The translations under genes were made by a program, and so were the position numbers. Shown one piece after another: positions 29,316 through 39,913 of a DNA stretch of 64,000 nt (the first letter of the stretch is position 1; each line of letters starts with the position of its first letter). Under the pieces are notes generated by a model. It ran no database searches, had not been told where the DNA came from, and saw nothing but the letters and a program-made list of their open reading frames with translations. This stretch comes from an uncultured delta proteobacterium (lineage in GTDB: Bacteria > Myxococcota > Kuafuiibacteriia > Kuafuiibacteriales > Kuafuiibacteriaceae): NCBI GenBank assembly GCA_963803435.1, contig CAWDML010000001.1, forward strand, positions 1,280,001 through 1,344,000. Reading direction: 5' to 3'.

Positions 29316-32195
29316 CTAGAAGCACCTCGGTTGGTAGCGGACCGTCACCTCGCTCCCCGGACCCGGGCGGACCAGCGGGGAGAGATCGATCCGGGCGGCA
29401 GGCGCGTCGAACGCGAAGTACGCGGGCGCGATCGGCGCGCCGTCCACGAACACCTCCAGGGTGTCCTCGACCGGGGCACCGGAGAGAAGGATCGCGCGGC
29501 GTCCGCCGAGGGACTCGCCGAGGAGCGAGAGGTTGGACGGGGACAGATTGAGCGCGGCGCCGCCCGAGAGGCTCGCGAGCTCGTGGAGCCGCGCGGCGGC
29601 GGCGCCGGTGAGAACGGCGGCGGTGAACAGGTTGGGATCGCGCTTCAGCGAGCGGAAGTACGAGAGCCAGTGGTCGGTGGGGCTCGGAGACGCGTCGTCT
29701 TCCACGGAGACGAACACCAGGAGGAGCGAGGCGTCGGGGCGGACCAGGCCGGCGTTCCAGGCGGTGAGAAGCGGGTTTGAGAGCGCGAGGTAGGCGGCCG
29801 CGAAGGGCGTGGGGGGCTCGAGGCTGACCGGGAGGGCGGCGGCCAGGGCGGCGAACGCCGCCGATGGGGAGGGCTGCGTGTCTGCGGAGAGGAGGCGCCA
29901 GCTCGGATCACCGGCGTTGGAGAGATAGCCGCACGCCCCGCTGGTGGTGGAGGTCTCGGGGAGGCCCGAGGGCGGGCTGGGACAGCCGTTGGCGAGCGAG
30001 TCGGCCGTGACGAGGCCGGCACGCCAATCGACTCCGGCGGCCTCCGCAGCCGCGATGAACGCGGGGAAGGCGGCGCCGATCTCGGACCCAGGGATCGCGG
30101 GATCGGTGTCGATCACGAAGAGCACGTCGGCCGACCGCGGGATCGTGAAGTGTTCCTCGGCGCTGCCGGACGGCGGCGCGCTCAGCTCGACGACCAGCGG
30201 CGTGGTCGTGCCCCGTGCGCGGATCTCCAGGCGTGCGAGACCGCCCAGCTCGCCTCGGTGCGCCACCTCGATCCGGGTCCTCTCGCCGGGCCCGAGGACC
30301 AGCTGAGGCTTCAGAGTGACGAGCTCGAACGACGGGTCGCCCACCAGATCGATCCGGTCGACCTCGATCGGATCGAGGCCGGCGTCGAAGAGATCGATCG
30401 GGCGTGCCGCGGAGGCGCACCCGGGAGTGGCGGGACCAAAGTGGAGCGACTGCGGGTTCGCGACCAGGCCCAGCGTCGCCCCGACGGCGGACAGCGCCGC
30501 TTGCGGTGGGGGGCCGGCGGAGGAGGCGTAGAATGCAAGGTGGCCTGCGATGTCACCGTCGTCCGGAGGGCGGAGCTCGACCTGTACCGAGAGCACGCCC
30601 CCCGGCGGCACGAGCGCCTCTCCCACGGCTCCGACCACCGAGAACGGCGAGGTGGCCTCGAAGTCCTTGAACAGGCAGTCGGCCGCCCCCGTATTGCGAA
30701 CCCTGAACGTGCGGCGGGCGGAGCGCGGCCGTTCGATCGTCCCGAAGTCCAGGCTCGGATCGAACGAGTGATCGCACTGCGGAAGCTCGACGCCCTCGCC
30801 CTCCAGGATCGACGTCGAGCGCGGTCAATCCGGATCGTTGCTCTCGATGGCCAGGGCGGCGCGCGCCACTCCGCCGAGCGCGGGCTCGAACCCGAGCGTG
30901 AGCTCCACGCTGCCACCCGCCGCGATCGTGAGCGGGCCGGCGTCCTCGACGGTGAACGGTGCGGTCGCCTCCACCCGAATCCGGAGCGGGCTGCTGCCCG
31001 TGTTCGAGACCGCGGCGCGGCGCCGGCCGTGGGTCCCGAGGGCGATCCGCCCGAAGTCGATCCTCAGCGGCTCCACGTGGATCGAGGCCTGGCTCGCCTC
31101 ACCCCGGAGCGGCACGGAGATGGGGAGATAGACGGCGACCTCCTCCACCGGCGCGCTCGCCAGCTCGAGCGCGCTGGAGCTCGTCCCCAGGGCCGGCGGC
31201 GAGAACGAGACCTCGAGCCGGCGGAGCTCCCCGGGGCCGAGCGCGTTCGGGTCGCTCGGCGGGGTCGCGAACGCTTCGTCCGCACCGCCGGGGATCGTGC
31301 TCGTCACGAGGATCGGACCCTCCGCACGATTGAGGCAGTCGATCGCGACGGTCCGCGCGTCTCCCGGACGCACGGCCCCGAAGTCGATCGACGCGGGGGA
31401 GCAGGCCAGCGCGCTCGCCTCTGCGGAGGCGCTCATCGGGAGCGACACCGCGCACTCCGGCCGATCGCAGGCGGCCACCGTGACGATCGCACGATCGGCG
31501 GGGGCGGCGGGATCGCGCGTCCGGTGGTAGACGAGCTCGAGCTCCGCCGACTCGCCGGCGAGCAGCGCACGACCCCCGAGGAGCGCACCCTCACCGGTCG
31601 CTCCCCCGGTGAGCTCGAAGCGCCCTCGCCCGCCGAGCTGATCGATCACCGGAGCACCGCGGACGTCGAGCGCCACCTGGAGGATCACGGGCCGCTCCAG
31701 GAGATTCGTGACCTTCACGGCCCTTGCTCGGGAGCCGCCGAGCGGAACGACGCCGAAGTCCAGGCGATCGGGGGCGAACCGCAGCGCGGGCGCGAGCGTG
31801 CGACCGCGCAGGGCCACCTCGGCGTCGCGCCCGTCGGTCTCGATCACGAAGGACGAGCGCACCGGCTCGGCGAGCGCCTGGCGGGGCAGAAACGTGACCT
31901 TGGCGATGATCGTCTGCCCCGCCGCGAGACGCTGCGGCACCAGATCGATCCCGAAGGCATAGGCGGCGGCGGTGAAATCGTTCGCGAGCGTGACCCCCGT
32001 GATGTCGATGGCGGTCGGGCTCGGGTTGTGGATCGGTAGCGGCGCGAGCGCGGTGGCGCCCGCGCTCACCTCGTCGAACACAATCTCGGCCGGCACCTGG
32101 AGCGCGACACCTTCGAGCGGCGGCTCACTGCCGGAGCAGCCGGCGAGCCCGAAGACCAGGGCCAGGGCGCCGAGCGCGGGTTCGAGGGGTCGCAC
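29316..32195 (-). CDS. lipoprotein with about six Ig-like (choice-of-anchor D/ASH-type) repeats and a C-terminal VWA-like domain; one in-frame TGA at 30825-30827
   Basis: GTG 32195, lipobox LAGC; repeated P..[IL]DFG.V..G....N...F.P...G...L.I.SNDP; frame continues across SNDPD*PRST; C-terminal DVLFVID...VSVEDD VWA-like region; about 959 codons. Confidence 0.82.
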
Positions 32196-32200
32196 GGCCG

Positions 32201-33802
32201 TCAGTTGAAGCGCGTGTACGGGCTCTCGCTGTCGGTCCCGGGCTTGGATTTCCGCCGCTTCTTTCGCTTCTCGCGCTTCTCGGGCTTCTTCTCCTCCTCC
32301 TGCTCGTCGAGCGTGACGCGGAGGAGCTGGTCGACGTTCGGGACCACGACCTGGGTCATCGCCACGTAGCCTTCGTGCTCGAGCGCGACCTCGACCGCAC
32401 GATCGCTCCGGTCGAGCTCGAGCTCCATCGGCGTGGCGCCCTTGGCCTGCCCTCCGACCATGACGATGGCGTGGTCGGGCTGGGTCTCGACGCGAACCTT
32501 CACCTTCGGCGACAGTGCCGGCGGCGGAGCGCGAACCGCGACGATGGTCGACGGGACCCGCTCCTGCTGAGCGTCGGCGGAGGCGCCGCTCCACACGGTC
32601 ATGGCGCCCGTACCGACGATGACCAGCAGCCCGGCGGCGATCGCGCCGACCCACCAGGCGTTCCGGTTCGCGCTGGGCGGCCGGGGCAGCGCCTTGCTGT
32701 AGATCGAGATCGAGCTCTGCGAGCCCACCATCGCGTCGGCTCCTGGGTCGGAGAGCGAGGCGGGCGGAAGCTCGATCTGAGCGTCGGTCTCCGCACTGGG
32801 CACGCTCGTGATCTCGACGCCTTCCCGAATGCTGGCCAGCATTCGGCGCTTCTGCTCGATGCGATCCATGAAGAGCTTGTGCATGACGCGTGAGAGCGAC
32901 TCTTCGGGAACCTTGCCCTCGTTCAGCTGCCGGGAGACGTCGAGCAGCTCGCGCCGCATCTCCAGCGCCGTCTCGAATCGTTCGTCGCGATCGCGCTCGA
33001 GCGCCTTCATGCAGATGCGCTCGAGCGGCTCCGGATAGTTCGTCATCAACTTCTTGGGCGAGGGCGCGTCCGCGTTGTAGATCGCCTGGATCGTGGCGAC
33101 GTCGTTGCCCCGCTTGAAGAGACGGCGGCACGTGCTCAGCTCGTAGAGCACCGTGCCCAGCGAGAAGATGTCGGACCGCCGATCGAGATCCTTCCCGTGG
33201 CACTGCTCTGGGGACATGTAGGCGTATTTGCCTTTGACCTGCCCCGCCTCCGTCTTGGCGACGCGGTCGGAGGCCACCGCGATCCCGAAGTCGAGGATCT
33301 TCACCTCACCGGCGTAGGTCACGAAGATGTTGCCCGGGCTCACGTCTCGATGGACCAGCCCCATCGAGCGACCGCGAACGTCGGTCATTTCGTGCGCCGC
33401 GTGCAGACCTGCGCAGACCTGGGCCATGACGTGGGCGCAGAGCCCGAAGCTGAGCAGCTTCTTCTTGCGGGAGAGCCGGCGCGCCAACCCGGCAAGGCTC
33501 TCGCCCTCGAGGTACTCCATGACCAGGAAGAGCTCGTCCTGGTCCTGACCGAGCTCGTGCACCGTCACCACGTTCTGGTGCCGCAGGCCGGCCACGATGC
33601 GGGCCTCGTCGAGGAACATGTCGACGAACTGACGCTCCCGGGCGAGGTGCGGGAGGATGCGCTTGATGACGACCGGACGCTCGAACCCGCTGGGTCCCCG
33701 CAGGCGACCGAGGAAGACCTCCGCCATTCCTCCGGTGCCGAGCAGTCCCAGGATCTCGTACCGTCCGATATAGGTCGGCAGCGCCTGCACCCGTTTTGCC
33801 AT
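32201..33802 (-). CDS. membrane Ser/Thr protein kinase with C-terminal PEGA-like domain
   Basis: ATG 33802; LGTGGMAEVF, VVIKRI, VHRDVSPGN, DFG, YMSPEQ, SDIFSLG; TM; V.TQP..A.V.V.G...G.TP...GY. Confidence 0.95.
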   Translation of the reverse strand: MAKRVQALPTYIGRYEILGLLGTGGMAEVFLGRLRGPSGFERPVVIKRILPHLARERQFVDMFLDEARIVAGLRHQNVVTVHELGQDQDELFLVMEYLEGESLAGLARRLSRKKKLLSFGLCAHVMAQVCAGLHAAHEMTDVRGRSMGLVHRDVSPGNIFVTYAGEVKILDFGIAVASDRVAKTEAGQVKGKYAYMSPEQCHGKDLDRRSDIFSLGTVLYELSTCRRLFKRGNDVATIQAIYNADAPSPKKLMTNYPEPLERICMKALERDRDERFETALEMRRELLDVSRQLNEGKVPEESLSRVMHKLFMDRIEQKRRMLASIREGVEITSVPSAETDAQIELPPASLSDPGADAMVGSQSSISIYSKALPRPPSANRNAWWVGAIAAGLLVIVGTGAMTVWSGASADAQQERVPSTIVAVRAPPPALSPKVKVRVETQPDHAIVMVGGQAKGATPMELELDRSDRAVEVALEHEGYVAMTQVVVPNVDQLLRVTLDEQEEEKKPEKREKRKKRRKSKPGTDSESPYTRFN

Positions 33803-33844
33803 TGTCCCACGGCGGGTGGTAGCGTCAAACCAAACCCCCTGCGG

Positions 33845-34672
33845 ATGCGTGCCGCTCCTACAATGTTGGCGATCGTAGTGCTCGGTAGCAGTATCGCCGC
33901 CGGGACGGCCGTCGCGGGCAACCCATCGAAAGCCGACCGGAAGCACGCGATCCAGCTCTTCAAGCAGAGCCAAGAGCAGTACCGAAAGGGTCAGTTCCGC
34001 GAGGCCGCCGATCTGCTCGAACGGGCCTACGCGCTCGATCCCAACCCCACGTTGCTCTTCAACAAGGCGCGCGCGCTCGAGAGCGCCGGCGACGCGGAAG
34101 GTACCATCGACGCGTATTCCAGGTATTTGGAGGCGGATCCCAAGGCCGCCGACCGTGCCGCCATCCAGCAGCGGATCGAGAATCTCAAGAAGCAGGTCGC
34201 CGCCAATCGTGCGCTCGAGCGACAGGCGGAGGAGGAGCGCCAACGTCGCGAGGCACTCGAGGCGACCCCGCCGCCCCCGCCGCCGCCGCCGCCGATCGTG
34301 CCTCCGGCGCCGCCCCCAACCCCGGTGGCGCCCCCTCCGGAGATCGAGCGGAGGACCGTGTCCCCCTGGCCGTGGATCGTGCTCGGTACCGGCGCGCTGG
34401 TCGCGGGCGTCGCCGGCGGCGTGCTCGGCGCGATGGCCGGCAACACGCACTCGGCCGCGGTCGACGAGCCGATCCAAATGACCGCAGAGACGCTGGCCCA
34501 CAAGGCGGATCGGTTGGCGCTGGGCGCGAACATCGCCTACGGCACCGGCAGCGCCATCGCGCTCGGAGGGCTGATCTGGGGCATCATCGATCTCGCGCGC
34601 GCCGGCGAGCCGATCGCGACGGTCACCGTGGCCCCCTCGGGCAACGGTGCCCACGTCAGCGTCCGTTTCTGA
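33845..34672 (+). CDS. secreted TPR protein with Pro-rich linker and C-terminal hydrophobic helices (myxobacterial type)
   Basis: Signal peptide; TPR (Y..G.F.EA...LERAY.LDP.P.LLFN.ARALE); poly-Pro; PWPWIVLGTG; C-terminal Phe. Confidence 0.85.
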   Translation: MRAAPTMLAIVVLGSSIAAGTAVAGNPSKADRKHAIQLFKQSQEQYRKGQFREAADLLERAYALDPNPTLLFNKARALESAGDAEGTIDAYSRYLEADPKAADRAAIQQRIENLKKQVAANRALERQAEEERQRREALEATPPPPPPPPPIVPPAPPPTPVAPPPEIERRTVSPWPWIVLGTGALVAGVAGGVLGAMAGNTHSAAVDEPIQMTAETLAHKADRLALGANIAYGTGSAIALGGLIWGIIDLARAGEPIATVTVAPSGNGAHVSVRF

Positions 34673-34675
34673 GGC

Positions 34676-36124
34676 TCAGCGCGGGAAGCAGGTCGACGCC
34701 TGGGTGCCCGGCAGCACGCCCGGGATCGGGTGGCAGTAGCCTCCGGTGAGCGCGCTGCAATCGTCGTGGGTGCAGCAGCGGACCGAGCAGATCTTCGGCC
34801 CCGCGAGCGACGAAGGATCACGCGGCGTGCAGGTGCCGCTCTCGCACTCGGCCGCGGTGGTACACGGCATCCCGATCGGGGTGACGCCACCCGCCGCGGC
34901 CTGACAGAGGGTGATCACCGTCTGATTATTGAGATCGTAGACCAAGCAGCTCTGGCCCGCGGGACAGTCGGTCTGAGTGCAGCACGCAGCGGCACACGTA
35001 TTCTCGTACTTGTTGCAGATGCCGGAGGCACAGTCGGTGTTGACCGTGCAGACCTCACCGATGGCCTTCGTTCCAGGTCCCGGCGCACATTCCTGCGAGA
35101 AGACGGGCTGCCCCTGGAGCGTCTGCTGGCGGACGATGCAACCGGTGGCGAACGCCGAGCAGTGCTCGTCGCGCCCACAGCGCTCGGTGCATGTCATTGA
35201 GGTGCCCTCGCAGATCGTGGACTGGCACACGTTGCCCGGGTTCTCGCAGGCCTCTCCGCTCCTGGTGTCGAAGGTGACCATGTTGAAGATCCCCTCGGGC
35301 ATGCAGATCCGGTAGCCGTTGCCGGTGGGGAGGCACGAGAACCCGAGCGGACAGTCGGCCGAGCGACCGCAGGGCGTGGTGCAGAACGTGGCTGGTGGAT
35401 CGGTGGTCGAGAAGCAGAGGCCCGTCGTACAGCTGTCGTCGCTGCTGCAGAAGTCTCCGAGCTGCGTCCCGGCGCATCGTCCGAGCACGTTGCAGGTCGA
35501 GGTACCGAGGCAGGGCGCAGCGCCGGGCGCGTCGCAGCGACGGACGCACGCTCCGTTCAGACAGGTGAACTGACGGTCCGGGCATGGGTCGAGCACCGTG
35601 CACTTGGGCGCCGCCTGACAGTACCCGCTGCTCGGATCGCAGATCCGGTTCTCGGTGCACCCGCCCCCGCCCACCGCGCACCCAGGGGCGCAGCTCCCGG
35701 AGAGGCAGACCTGGTGGGGGGGGTTGCAGTCGGCCGACCGGGTGCACGCGATCTGATCGGAGAAGCAGTGCCCGCTCGGATCGCAGACCTGGGATCCCGC
35801 GCAGCCGGTGGTCGCGCAGCCCGGCGCGCAGGCGGAGTCCAGGCAGACTTCGCCCGACGCGCACTCGGTATCGCGGGCGCACTCGGGGATCGGAGCGGCG
35901 TCCAGCTCGTCGTCCCCGCCGTCGGCAACCTCTGCGTCCATCGGGGTGCCGCCGTCCGGGCCCGTATCGCGCGGCTCAAGCATCTTCACGCAAACGCCCC
36001 TCGCCTCGTCGCAGACGAAGCCCGAGGCGCACGGGCACGCCTTCCCATCCAGCGAGACGTCTTGAAGGATGCAGCCTCCGAGGATCGCAGGGAGGAGGAG
36101 CGCGAGTCCCCAGCGCGCGAGCAA
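34676..36124 (-). CDS. cysteine-rich repeat lipoprotein
   Basis: TTG start, lipobox LGGC, LDGKACPCASGFVCD, DAG-rich linker, many C-x4-DC-x4-C-x4-C repeats. Confidence 0.85.
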   Translation of the reverse strand: MLARWGLALLLPAILGGCILQDVSLDGKACPCASGFVCDEARGVCVKMLEPRDTGPDGGTPMDAEVADGGDDELDAAPIPECARDTECASGEVCLDSACAPGCATTGCAGSQVCDPSGHCFSDQIACTRSADCNPPHQVCLSGSCAPGCAVGGGGCTENRICDPSSGYCQAAPKCTVLDPCPDRQFTCLNGACVRRCDAPGAAPCLGTSTCNVLGRCAGTQLGDFCSSDDSCTTGLCFSTTDPPATFCTTPCGRSADCPLGFSCLPTGNGYRICMPEGIFNMVTFDTRSGEACENPGNVCQSTICEGTSMTCTERCGRDEHCSAFATGCIVRQQTLQGQPVFSQECAPGPGTKAIGEVCTVNTDCASGICNKYENTCAAACCTQTDCPAGQSCLVYDLNNQTVITLCQAAAGGVTPIGMPCTTAAECESGTCTPRDPSSLAGPKICSVRCCTHDDCSALTGGYCHPIPGVLPGTQASTCFPR

Positions 36125-36137
36125 GGTGAGGCCGAGT

Positions 36138-37082
36138 TTATGTCGAGGCTGCAGACGACGCCAGCACCCCGTCCCGCACGCCCTCCGGGAGATCGCGCCG
36201 ACGCCCGCTCATCCAGCGCGTCACCAGATCCGCGATGAGCTCCGGTCGCTCGTGATGAATGTTGTGTCCCGCGCCGTCGACCAGCACCGGACGCCCGTCG
36301 GGGAGACACGTGTGCCTGAAAGCGAGATCGTCCGGGAACCAGGGCGAGTCGGTGCCATAGACGGAGAGGACCGGCATCGAGAGCGCCCGCCACATCGGCT
36401 CGATCTCCTGGAGCAGAAACGGCTTCGGTGAGGGCGTGCGATGGAGGGGATCGACCTTCCACACCACCGCGCCCTCCGGTCCGTTCGGCGCGCCCTCGGT
36501 GAACGTGTTCGCGAGCTCGGCGGCGATCGCCTGCGGCAGGCGAGGATTCGCACGCATCAACCGCTCGACCGCGGCCTCGCGGCTCGCGATCGTCGGGCGC
36601 GCCAGCCAGCGCTCGACCTGGTCCAGGTCCATCTTCGGCTGCTTCAGCGCGTCGAGCCAGCGATGGAGCCTGCCCAGGACGTCGGTGGGATCCTGATACG
36701 GCGGGCCCATCCCCTCGATCATCACCATGGCCTCGACGCGGTCCGGGATCAGCGCCGCGACGCCCGTCGCGATTCCGCCGCCCATCGAGTGACCCACCAG
36801 GCCGAACCGATCGAGACCCAAGTGATCGACCAGGTGGAGCACGTCCTGGAAGTAGTCCTGGAAGTAGTAGTAACCGCCGTCGCCGATCCATCCCGAGTCG
36901 CCATGACCCCGGTGGTCGGGGACCACGGCGAAGAACGACCTCCCGAGGGCCCGGATCATCGGCGCGAACGCGAGGCCGTGATCCATGAAGCCGTGCAAGA
37001 GCACGATCGGGGGCGCGCTCCGATCGCCGAACGTGCGGTAGGCGAGCCTCAGACCGCGGACCGAGGTGAAGGCGACCGTCAC
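36138..37082 (-). CDS. alpha/beta fold hydrolase
   Basis: GTG 37082 overlapping the LOG stop; [21 protein letters not shown] nucleophile, GAGHNIHHE. Confidence 0.93.
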   Translation of the reverse strand: MTVAFTSVRGLRLAYRTFGDRSAPPIVLLHGFMDHGLAFAPMIRALGRSFFAVVPDHRGHGDSGWIGDGGYYYFQDYFQDVLHLVDHLGLDRFGLVGHSMGGGIATGVAALIPDRVEAMVMIEGMGPPYQDPTDVLGRLHRWLDALKQPKMDLDQVERWLARPTIASREAAVERLMRANPRLPQAIAAELANTFTEGAPNGPEGAVVWKVDPLHRTPSPKPFLLQEIEPMWRALSMPVLSVYGTDSPWFPDDLAFRHTCLPDGRPVLVDGAGHNIHHERPELIADLVTRWMSGRRRDLPEGVRDGVLASSAAST

Positions 37083-37660
37083 GGCTTGACGCTCGGGACT
37101 GCGACCGGGAGGCGGACGGCCTCGAGCGACCGCAACAGGACGTCGGGATCGCCAGCCGAGATCAGGAGCCGGCGGTGCTCGGGCATCAGGAAGCCCTCCT
37201 CGACCGCGTGATCCGAGAACGCGAGCAAGCCGTCGAAGAAGCCGCGCACGTTGAGCAGGCCGAGGGGCTTGCTGTGAAAACGCAGCTGCGCCCACGTCAG
37301 GATCTCGAAGGTCTCCTCCAGCGTGCCCCACCCTCCCGGCAGCGCGATGAATGCGTCGGCGAGGTGCGCCATCATCGTCTTGCGCGCGTGCATGCTGTCG
37401 ACGACGAAGAGCTCGGTCAGACCTTGGTGCGCGATCTCCTTCGACTGGAGCTTCTCGGGGATCACGCCGATCACCTGCCCACCGCCGACCAGCGCCGCGT
37501 TGGCGATCGCGCCCATCAGGCCCACCTTGGCGCCGCCGTAGACCAGGCCGATCCCGCGGCCGGCCAGGAGCTTCCCGGTGGCGATCGCCGCCTGCGCGTA
37601 GGCAGGGTCGTCGCCGTCGTGGCTCCCGCAGAAAACGCAGACGCGGCGGAACGTACCCAT
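37079..37660 (-). CDS. LOG family nucleotide 5'-monophosphate phosphoribohydrolase (TIGR00730)
   Basis: [31 protein letters not shown]. Confidence 0.95.
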   Translation of the reverse strand: MGTFRRVCVFCGSHDGDDPAYAQAAIATGKLLAGRGIGLVYGGAKVGLMGAIANAALVGGGQVIGVIPEKLQSKEIAHQGLTELFVVDSMHARKTMMAHLADAFIALPGGWGTLEETFEILTWAQLRFHSKPLGLLNVRGFFDGLLAFSDHAVEEGFLMPEHRRLLISAGDPDVLLRSLEAVRLPVAVPSVKP

Positions 37661-37712
37661 CCTCGACAGCTACGATGGCATTTCCGCGTCATCAAGCGCT
37701 ATTGGTCGATTC

Positions 37713-38454
37713 GTGCGGATCGTGTCCCTCTGCCCGTCGATCACGGAGACGCTGATCGATTTCGGGCTCCGGGATCGCCTCGTAGGCGTGACGCGCTTCT
37801 GCATCCACCCGGCCGAGGCCGTGAAGGATCTGCCCAAGGTCGGCGGCACCAAGAACCCCGACCTCGACGCCATCGAGCGAGCCGCACCCGACCTCGTCTT
37901 CGTGAACGCCGAGGAGAATCGGCGCGAGGACTACGACCGCCTCTCGATGAAGTACCGCGTCGACGTGTCGATGCCGAGGTCGGTCGCCGATGTCCCGCTC
38001 GAGCTGCGCCGGTTCGGAGAGCTGCTCTCCACGCGCCCGATCGCCGGACGGCGCGCCCGCGAGCTCGAGGTCGCGCTCCGCGAGCTCGAGCGACGGCGCG
38101 AGGGGAAGCGCAGGTTCTCCTTCGCCTATCCGGTGTGGCGGCGGCCGTGGATGGTGGCAGGTCCCGACACCTACGTGGCCGATTCTGATCCGAAGAGCGG
38201 GCGGCGACAACGTGTACACGCTCGCCCCGGCGCGTTATCCCGAGACCACGATTGAGGCGCTGGCCGAGAAGCGCCCCGAATTCGTGCTCCTGCCCGACGA
38301 GCCCTACCCCTTCGACGCCACGCACCGATCCGAGCTGGCCACGGTCCTCCCCGAGGCTCGGATTGAGCTGGTCTCGGGCGACGACTGCTGCTGGCACGGC
38401 GTGCGCTCGATCCGAGGTGTACATCTCATGATGAGACTCCTCGATTCGAGGTAG
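37713..38454 (+). CDS. BtuF-like helical-backbone metal receptor without signal peptide; +1 frameshift at about 38183
   Basis: RIVSLCPSITE, VGVTRFC.HP, VGGTKNP, N.EEN; removing one T in GATTCTGATC joins RYP...LLPDEPYPF...W.G. Confidence 0.87.
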
Positions 38455-38465
38455 TCTGTGCCGGT

Positions 38466-39908
38466 ATGCAGAGCCGTTATCGTGCGCCGTTTGCGCCCGC
38501 GGGGGACCACGCGATCGATCCGAGGTACGCGCAGAAGCTCCTGTCCGTCGCCCTCTCGGAGGGCGGCGACTACGCGGACCTGTATTTTCAATATCGAGCC
38601 GCCGGAAGCCTCAGCTACGAGGAGGGCATCCTGAAGAGCGCCACCCGCGGCGTGACCGTCGGGCTGGGCGTCCGCGTGCGGAAGGGTGAGGCGACCGGCT
38701 ATGCCTACACCGAAGAGCTGCTCGAAGAGGCGATGATGCGGGCCGCCAAGACCGCAGCGCAGATCGCTTCGGGAGGCGGTGCACCGCCGATCGCGACACC
38801 ACAGCTACGGACGATGCCCCGCCGCTACGAGCTCGAGGGGCTCACGCTCGACACGGCCGGAGAGAGCAAGCGGGATCTGCTGCGCCGCGCCGACAAGGCC
38901 GCGCGCGCCTACGATCCGAGGATCACCAAGGTGCAGGCCAGCTTCACCGAGGAGATCAGCGAGATCCTGATCGCGACCAGCGACGGCATCATGGTCCACG
39001 ATCGGCAGCCGCTGATGCGCTTCGGCGTCAGCGCGATCGCCGAGGACGGAAAGCTCCGCCAGAGCGGCTCGGGCGGAGGGGGCGGGCGCACCGGGATGGA
39101 CTACTTCCTCCAGCCCGGGAAGAAGCCGGAGGATCACGGGCGCGAGGCAGCGCGGATCGCCGTCGACATGCTGGACGCGCGCGACGCTCCCGCCGGCGAG
39201 ATGGCCGTCGTGCTGGCGCCCGGCGACAGCGGCATCCTCCTCCACGAGGCCGTCGGGCACGGGCTCGAGGCCGACTTCAACCGAAAGAAGACCTCGAACT
39301 ACTCTGGGCGCGTCGGCGAGCTGGTGGCGAGCGAGCTGGTGACGGTGGTCGACGATCCGACCTACGCCCACGGCCGCGGCAGCCTCAACGTCGACGACGA
39401 GGGGCGCGAGGCCCGCCCGGCGACCCTCATCGAGCGGGGCAAGCTGCTCGGGTACATGCAGGACCTCCAGAGCGCCGAGCACTTCCACACGCAGAGCGCG
39501 AACGGACGGCGAGAGAGCTTCCGCCACGCGCCGATGCCGCGGATGACCAACACCGTGATGCTGGGCGGACCGCACAGCCCGGAGGAGATCCTCGGCAGCG
39601 TCAAGAAGGGCGTCTTCGCCAAGAAGTTCTCGGGTGGTCAGGTCAACATCAGCAACGGCGACTTCGTGTTCTCGCTGACCGAAGGCTATCTGATCGAGGA
39701 CGGCAAGATCACCGCACCGCTGAAGGGTGTGAACCTGATCGGGAACGGCCCCGACGTCCTGTGCAAGGTCGACATGCTCGGCACGGACGTGGAGCTCTCG
39801 GACGGCGTGTGGACCTGCGGGAAGGACGGCCAGTCCGTGCCGGTGGGCGTGGGCTGTCCGACGACGCGCATCTCCTCGATCACGGTCGGTGGCACGAAGG
39901 TCGGGTGA
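38466..39908 (+). CDS. tldD: metalloprotease TldD
   Basis: GILLHEAVGHGLEADFNRK, RRES....PMPRMTNT, CGKDGQSVPVGVGCPT. Confidence 0.96.
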   Translation: MQSRYRAPFAPAGDHAIDPRYAQKLLSVALSEGGDYADLYFQYRAAGSLSYEEGILKSATRGVTVGLGVRVRKGEATGYAYTEELLEEAMMRAAKTAAQIASGGGAPPIATPQLRTMPRRYELEGLTLDTAGESKRDLLRRADKAARAYDPRITKVQASFTEEISEILIATSDGIMVHDRQPLMRFGVSAIAEDGKLRQSGSGGGGGRTGMDYFLQPGKKPEDHGREAARIAVDMLDARDAPAGEMAVVLAPGDSGILLHEAVGHGLEADFNRKKTSNYSGRVGELVASELVTVVDDPTYAHGRGSLNVDDEGREARPATLIERGKLLGYMQDLQSAEHFHTQSANGRRESFRHAPMPRMTNTVMLGGPHSPEEILGSVKKGVFAKKFSGGQVNISNGDFVFSLTEGYLIEDGKITAPLKGVNLIGNGPDVLCKVDMLGTDVELSDGVWTCGKDGQSVPVGVGCPTTRISSITVGGTKVG

Positions 39909-39913
39909 GGAAG

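Noticed and set aside
30825-30827. In-frame TGA as selenocysteine or programmed readthrough
   Set aside because: The position corresponds to a non-catalytic SNDPD-x-P linker, not a Cys site; no SECIS-like hairpin was recognised; a C-to-T change in GATC explains it.
34264-34340. (CCG)n-rich tract
   Set aside because: Encodes the poly-proline linker of the TPR protein; ordinary low-complexity coding sequence.
32201-34654. 817-aa kinase ORF, and the 792-aa ORF 30825-33203, with long N-terminal extensions
   Set aside because: The extensions are antisense or off-frame overlaps of neighbouring genes; the real starts are ATG 33802 and GTG 32195.
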